From: Priapulus caudatus | Taxonomy: Eukaryota | DNA: 64,000 bases | Reading direction: 5' to 3' | NCBI RefSeq assembly: GCF_000485595.1 | Contig: NW_014577086.1 | Coordinates: 1-64,000, forward strand | Part shown: positions 57,893-64,000 of the stretch, one piece after another | Layout of the letters: each line of letters begins with the position of its first letter | Position numbering within the stretch: position 1 is the stretch's first letter | Translations under genes and position numbers: made by a program | Notes under the pieces: model-generated | What the model was told of the DNA's origin: nothing | Database searches by the model: none | Seen by the model: the letters and a program-made list of their open reading frames with translations, nothing else

Positions 57893-60800
57893 AGCCGTAG
57901 CTACAATCTATCTATAACTGTTTTCCGAGCGCACAGTGCACACAGTAATAACCTCGAATTTGTGTGCGCAGCGTCATCCTATATAGAGATATTAACGTTG
58001 AATGGGGTTAGTTAGTGTATATGTGTATGTATAATTATCATGATCATTATCATTGATAATATTTATCCAGCAAACATACAAATTAAGTGAGCTTGTTACA
58101 TACAATTGAAAACCATTTCAACGTTTGAGTGTGGTTAAATATAGCATTAATATTTGATTTTGAAGAATTCTACGCATTATATTTGTCCGTCGTCTATGAT
58201 TGGCCATCGTACTCAGAAATAATTATTTCTGACTACGATGGCCAGCTATAGTCGTCTATAGACTCCCAGAAGTATATAATAGCAGAGCTGGACAGAGGGA
58301 AGAGGGAGAGATTTCTAAGCAAAATTACATCGAAAGATCTAGAATGCATGCAGAAGCGATAACCATATCGCGTGCTCGTGAATACACATAATTATATAAA
58401 CTCCTAAGGAAAGGAGCGGGCATATTGATCAAGGTTTCGCTTAAGTTGCTAGCATGTACCTAGAATATAGGTACCCAACTCCATGTCGCTAATCTGTAGT
58501 ACGTCTGTGAACTGCCGTCGTATTCTTGTATCTATTAGTGTAACAACCACAAAAGAACGATAGTAAATGTAATGAAAACATCACCGCTTTAGAGTTACTT
58601 ATTGCATTTAACTTAATAAAACTAAATGTATCCAGTGTCGCATAACTATTGTTAATTATTTTTTATTGCCGTAAAAAACACTGTCTATCGTAATCCAAGA
58701 TACTCGCAAAGATAGCGAGGTCATTAGAACTATATACTTCTCTGCAACAGGAACTTACCAACAGCACATTACCGTAGACTAACAGTATCGATATCTATAT
58801 TATTAGATATTGTTAGTCTATGATATTACCACGTGGCACAACATCTGCGTGCTGGCTGGGGATGCAAATATACGAACTGATTTCATTGTATTTTTGTCTT
58901 TCATGACAAAATACTCATTTTCCGTATGTGAGAAACTAGCTACGCAGTGCACCATAGCAGTGCTTAGTTTAACTGGTGAATGGTTCACCCAAAGGTGAAT
59001 GAAATTATTTTAGGGTGAATGAAACTAGAGGAGTGAATGAAGGGTGGAATTCAGGCCCGTTCCAAGCTTTTCAAAAAGGGGGTGGCATGACATGAGTAGG
59101 CATAATTAAAAATTTCTGTGACATAATGTGCGCGAAGCGCTCATCACGAGCGCGAAGTCTCTCATGGCCGGGGTCCAGGACCCGCTGAAAGACCCTGAAA
59201 GCTCGGGGTTTTAGACGCTCTCTGGTACAAACTGAGCCTTATCTTGGAGCATTTTTGCACACAATTTATGGCCAATATTTCAGAAATAATTTTGGTTGAG
59301 TCAAGAGTCATGAATGATGAGTCAATGAATTGCGCAACGAATTCACTTGCCGGCTAAATAACTAATTCCCGGGGTAAACTCTGGAAAAAAGGCGCGCGAC
59401 GCACCCATCGCACCCTCCCCCTTCGGACGACCATGGAATAAAACAGAAAAGGTGAAGACTTAATTTACTCGGTATATGATATCTCGCTATACAATAAAAG
59501 GCATTGCCATTAAAGTCGTTAGTAATTATCGTTAGCGCTCTTATTCTCTTATTCTTATTCTCTTAGTCGTTAGTGCTCTTATTGCACTGCAGCTGAAAAT
59601 TTGATGTTTTTTCTCTCTACCTGCTTTTCTAATTTCAAAGTAGCAGGATATTTCCCAAATTTACCGTAATATAACCTTTTGGGGGCGACCAGACGATCTA
59701 GTGGGATCATAAAGATATAAATGGCAACACTAGTGGAGGATCGCCATAGACAACTATTGAACTGTAACTTTACTGCGAGTTGTTAATTTAGCTACTTTTC
59801 TGATAAAACTAGAATTCTACATAATAAGCAGATCTGAGCACCGTTTTGGGCGATCTAAAGTTAGATTGTGCAAGGGAGAGTAAGACGAAAATAACCAAAA
59901 ACAAGGTAATTTAGTCGCGGGCAAATGAAATTTTGCGATAAAGACTCGATGGTGAATGACACTGCAATAGTTTAAGAAGCACTGTACCATAGCGCACTAT
60001 TTTATCAGTTATTATAGAGGGTGTAGGCGTATTAATTCGGTGCAAGTTCTATTTTCGGTGATATCACGGTTCATACTACGCTATATATATAGTGAAGTGC
60101 AATACGACAATTCTCGCTAACGGAGATTTGCTTGGGTTGTAATGACATGTAATGACATAAGATTGCATGGCAGAGGATGTGTGCAGTCGTGAATTAGTCG
60201 GAGGTATTTCGGCAGATTGTCCTGCTGAAACAGTAAATAAATTGAGATAGGGGAGGTTTGAGGGAAGTGGAGAGATGAAGGAGGCAGAGAGGGGGAAGGG
60301 TGGAAAGGAGTCGGAGAAGAAAGACGGAAAAAAGCGTGAATCGAGCAAGGGATGCAGGGATGGTCAGTTAGTTACGGAAAGCTAACGAGAAATAATGGGG
60401 CCTGGCGGAAAACAACCTGCGGGAAATATCTTTGATTTCCACTATAGATATCCATAGATATCTAATAATACAAGGAATCTTATTATAATTAAAATGTATA
60501 ACAAACTAACTTATTAGAGATAATACAAGTCAGAAGAAACGCTCACAAATAGCTCATGACGAAAATGACCCTCATACATTGTGCACACAGGAGGTATATA
60601 GTCACAATGTAAAAATACAGACCAAAGTTCGACGGTAGACTTCGCTCAGAGGACAGACTATTTCAGNNNNNNNNNNNNNNNNNNNNNNNNNNNNNNNNNN
60701 NNNNNNNNNNNNNNNNNNNNNNNNNNNNNNNNNNNNNNNNNNNNNNNNNNNNNNNNNNNNNNNNNNNNNNNNNNNNNNNNNNNNNNNNNNNNNNNNNNNN

Positions 60801-61024
60801 NNNNNNNNNNNNNNNNNNNNNNNNNNNNNNNNNNNNNNNNNNNNNNNNNNNNNNNNNNNNNNNNNNNNNNNNNNNNNNNNNNNNNNNNNNNNNNNNNNNN
60901 NNNNNNNNNNNNNNNNNNNNNNNNNNNNNNNNNNNNNNNNNNNNNNNNNNNNNNNNNNNNNNNNNNNNNNNNNNNNNNNNNNNNNNNNNNNNNNNNNNNN
61001 NNNNNNNNNNNNNNNNNNNNNNNN

Positions 61025-61325
61025 GCACGCACGCACGCACGCACGCACGAACGCACGTGTACGTACACACGTACGCACGCACGTATACGTGCACACGCAC
61101 GCACACACGCACGCACGTTTACATACACACGCACGAACGCACGTGTACGTACACACGTACGCACGCACGTATACGTGCACACGCACGCACACACGCACGC
61201 ACGTTTACATACACACGCACGAACGCACGTGTACGTACACACGTACGCACTCACGCACGCACGTATACGTGCACACGCACGCACACACGCACGCACGTTT
61301 ACATACACACGCACGAACGCATGCA
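61025..61325. repeat. GCAC/ACAC-based compound minisatellite
   Basis: Direct inspection; abuts an N-gap. Confidence 0.85.
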
Positions 61326-62777
61326 TAATAAATCGGTAATAATCGCTATCGGGTGTTGTCGTGCAGACGCTACATAATCGCTAACTCGAGTTAACGCTTA
61401 ACTATATAATATCTTTGCTTTCCACTATAGATATCTAATAATACAAGGGATCTTATTATAATTAAAATGTATAACAAACTAACTTATTAGAGATAATACA
61501 AGTCAGAAGAAACGCTCACAAATAGCTCATAACGAAAATGACCCTCATACATTGTGCACACACGAGGTATACAGTCACAATGTAAAAATACAGACCAAAG
61601 TTCGACGGTGGACGTGGCTCAGAGGACAGACTATTTCAGTCAGGTATGACTTTTTTTCAGAACGTACGAAGCCAGGCATAGTGGGGCCCTGCTAATGTTT
61701 TGAATTTGAAATAAATTTCATATCACTCTTGCGATTATCAATAGAGTATGATCCGTACTTCCCACTGACATGCGATTAGTTCACTCTTCGAAAAAATATG
61801 AAAATCTTAATCTAGCCAAGTTCGTCTTTGTTATTTAGCCAAACCAAAAAAGCAAGCTTTGAAGTCGCCATACTTAGAAAACATCTTCTAATCGAAGAAA
61901 TATAAAAATCTGAATCTATTCAAGTTTCTCTTTTGATCATCAAAAGACTAGCGTACCTTTGAACCATTCACACTTCTATGCAATATCTATGGAAAATATC
62001 TAAGCGAACATCTATAGAAGTGTTTGTAGCTGTACCCAATGCGAAATTCAACGTTTAGATTGGCAAAAGGCAAATGTATATATTTGAACGTAACCGGCAT
62101 AGAAACAATAAGCGTTTGTATAAATATAAAATAGTTCAGGCATGAAGAATCTAATCGCGTCAATCGTGAAATTGAGAAGTGCTACTTGTATGTGTATATT
62201 ATCAAGAGCTCATAATAGAGATCTTGATATTATCCAATGCATCTCGTACATATATTAACCATACTCGGTAACGGCCGAGACAGATTTTTAAGCGTAATTC
62301 TCTACACTGCCCTAAGTGACTCCTACCAACACCACCAATTTTCGACTGGTAATATGATATCTTCCGTTTCATTAAGCACCTCCCTTATATCGAAACGTTT
62401 TCCATTTGTGTAAAAAATTTCTCAAATGTTGTTCAACTTCTTCAAAAATTAAATGTGAATGTGCAGTAAGAAGTGTGAAGTAAATACGTTTACGAGGTTT
62501 ATGGATTATAAACCAAGCACCACCTCATATAACCTAGATACGATCAATATACAACTGCCAATACGTAGCTTTTCATACAAACGATTAACAATGCAACATT
62601 CTAATATATTATTCTTAATATGGTTAGCATAATTTTTCACCAAAAATATTTGTATAATTCTGAATTTATTACCCTTGATGCTTTACTACATTTGGTATAC
62701 ATTTCATATAATGTAAGTTAGTGAATGTAGTCATAACTAATTTGGCATACAGCATTTTGTCCACTTTGGCAGTATAG

Positions 62778-62935
62778 AAATAGCAGTAGCAGCAGCAGCA
62801 ACAGCAGCAACAACAACAACAACAGCAGCAGCAATAGCAGCAGCAGCAACACCAACAACAAGAGCAGCAGCAGCAGCAGCAACGCAACAACAACAACAAC
62901 AACGACAACAGTAACAACCGCAGCAGCAGCAGCAG
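62778..62935. repeat. (CAG/CAA)n trinucleotide repeat
   Basis: Direct inspection. Confidence 0.85.
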
Positions 62936-64000
62936 TGGTATATAGATCTACGGCCTTATAGTCAGCCACTCAATATTGCGAGCAGAGTAAGCAGCACATG
63001 GCCTTCACCCCTTCCATGCCAATAGTATTACAGATAATGACTTTCTCTCATCCTATCGTAAGTAGTACATAAGCATTTGTCTAACGTTAGTCACCACCGG
63101 GAACCTAACACCCAGAGTAATGATAAAAGCTTATAAAGCTATCCTGAATACTGATGTAGGGTTAGGGTTAGGACTTAGGGTATAATGCAAGGTAAATTTT
63201 AGGGTATAAGATAATAAGGTAAATATCCTGCTAAGTATAATGTCCGTAACGATAAGACCTTTAATAAAAAGTGACATTTCGTGTACGTTTAGGAAATTAA
63301 ATACATAGCCCTCCGCTCCGCCGCAGGAGGGTTATAGTTCTAGAGCTACATGCGTGCGTGCATAGACATTCTACATTAGATAAACAGATTAGGAAAAGTT
63401 GGATAAACAAATACATGGAAAAGATATGCATTTATTGAAACTCGTAACTCGGTTTTCTGCTAATCGAAAATAAAATTGAACAAAATGTGTAGCTACACAT
63501 CCAAATACAATTCTCGTATAGAAATATTTAGTCAAACTGGATAACCAGTTATAAAATTGTAACCATTATAAAATATTTCAATAAACCGGGAAGCAATTCA
63601 TAGCCACATCGCTTTCACTTCAAAAATCAGCAACAGGCACGAGAAGACTATACAGTAACGTTACTTCTTAAAGCTACAAATATAATTTATATAATATAAT
63701 TATAATATTATATAAATTATAATTTTCTATAATTAGCTTTGTTCACGTCTGTAAATCAAAATGTTGCCGATTGCATATAAACATTGACATTCTTACACAA
63801 ATGTATACATAGTTAGCATCTGTGTTGCAAACACAATTGGCTGATATCACATGCAGGCTTATTATTAAAAATTATAGGTATACTTTCTCTCGTGTTCTTC
63901 ATATGTGCTAAGATATGGACCACGTTGGCACTATAGTATAAAGTGTAAACCCTTATCTCACGACAAGGAGAAAAACTACCTTCATAAACAACACACGCCA

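Noticed and set aside
59052..59435. hAT-like MITE (caggcccgttccaag...cttcggacgaccatg)
   Set aside because: Termini are only loosely complementary and no TSD was found; not supportable as a feature.
60420..61640. Direct repeat 60420-60666 / ~61405-61639 as LTRs
   Set aside because: No TG..CA, PBS or PPT; the copies flank an N-gap, so an assembly overlap is likely.
62669..62969. Poly-Leu, poly-Cys or poly-Gln protein
   Set aside because: A trinucleotide repeat with no convincing splice sites or flanking coding signal.

Overview
Repeat-rich metazoan (invertebrate-like) genomic DNA with spliceosomal introns, N-gaps and several indel-noisy stretches. (1) Bases 1-28 kb hold a transposon nest. An intron-containing hAT transposase pseudogene lies on the minus strand. 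Its last intron carries a full-length Ty3/Gypsy LTR retrotransposon (1868-16703). That element's integrase is split by a Mutator/MULE transposon (8332-13845, 9-bp TSD), and its 5' LTR carries a MITE filled with TTAGGG repeats. The upstream hAT exons splice in matching phase to an OTU cysteine-protease (deubiquitinase-like) domain, giving a predicted OTU-ZnF-hAT fusion transposase. This is the best novelty candidate. (2) Bases 29.3-57.9 kb on the plus strand hold 15 exons of a GABA-B-receptor-like class C GPCR. The 5' exons are not visible, the ligand pocket is diverged, and the TM4-TM5 exon pair is duplicated. Its introns contain a foldback element split by a second Gypsy element, and a third, internally deleted Gypsy fragment. 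Several duplications and inversions look like long-read gap-fill or haplotype artefacts and are flagged as such. All family assignments rest on motif recognition by eye; no searches were run.
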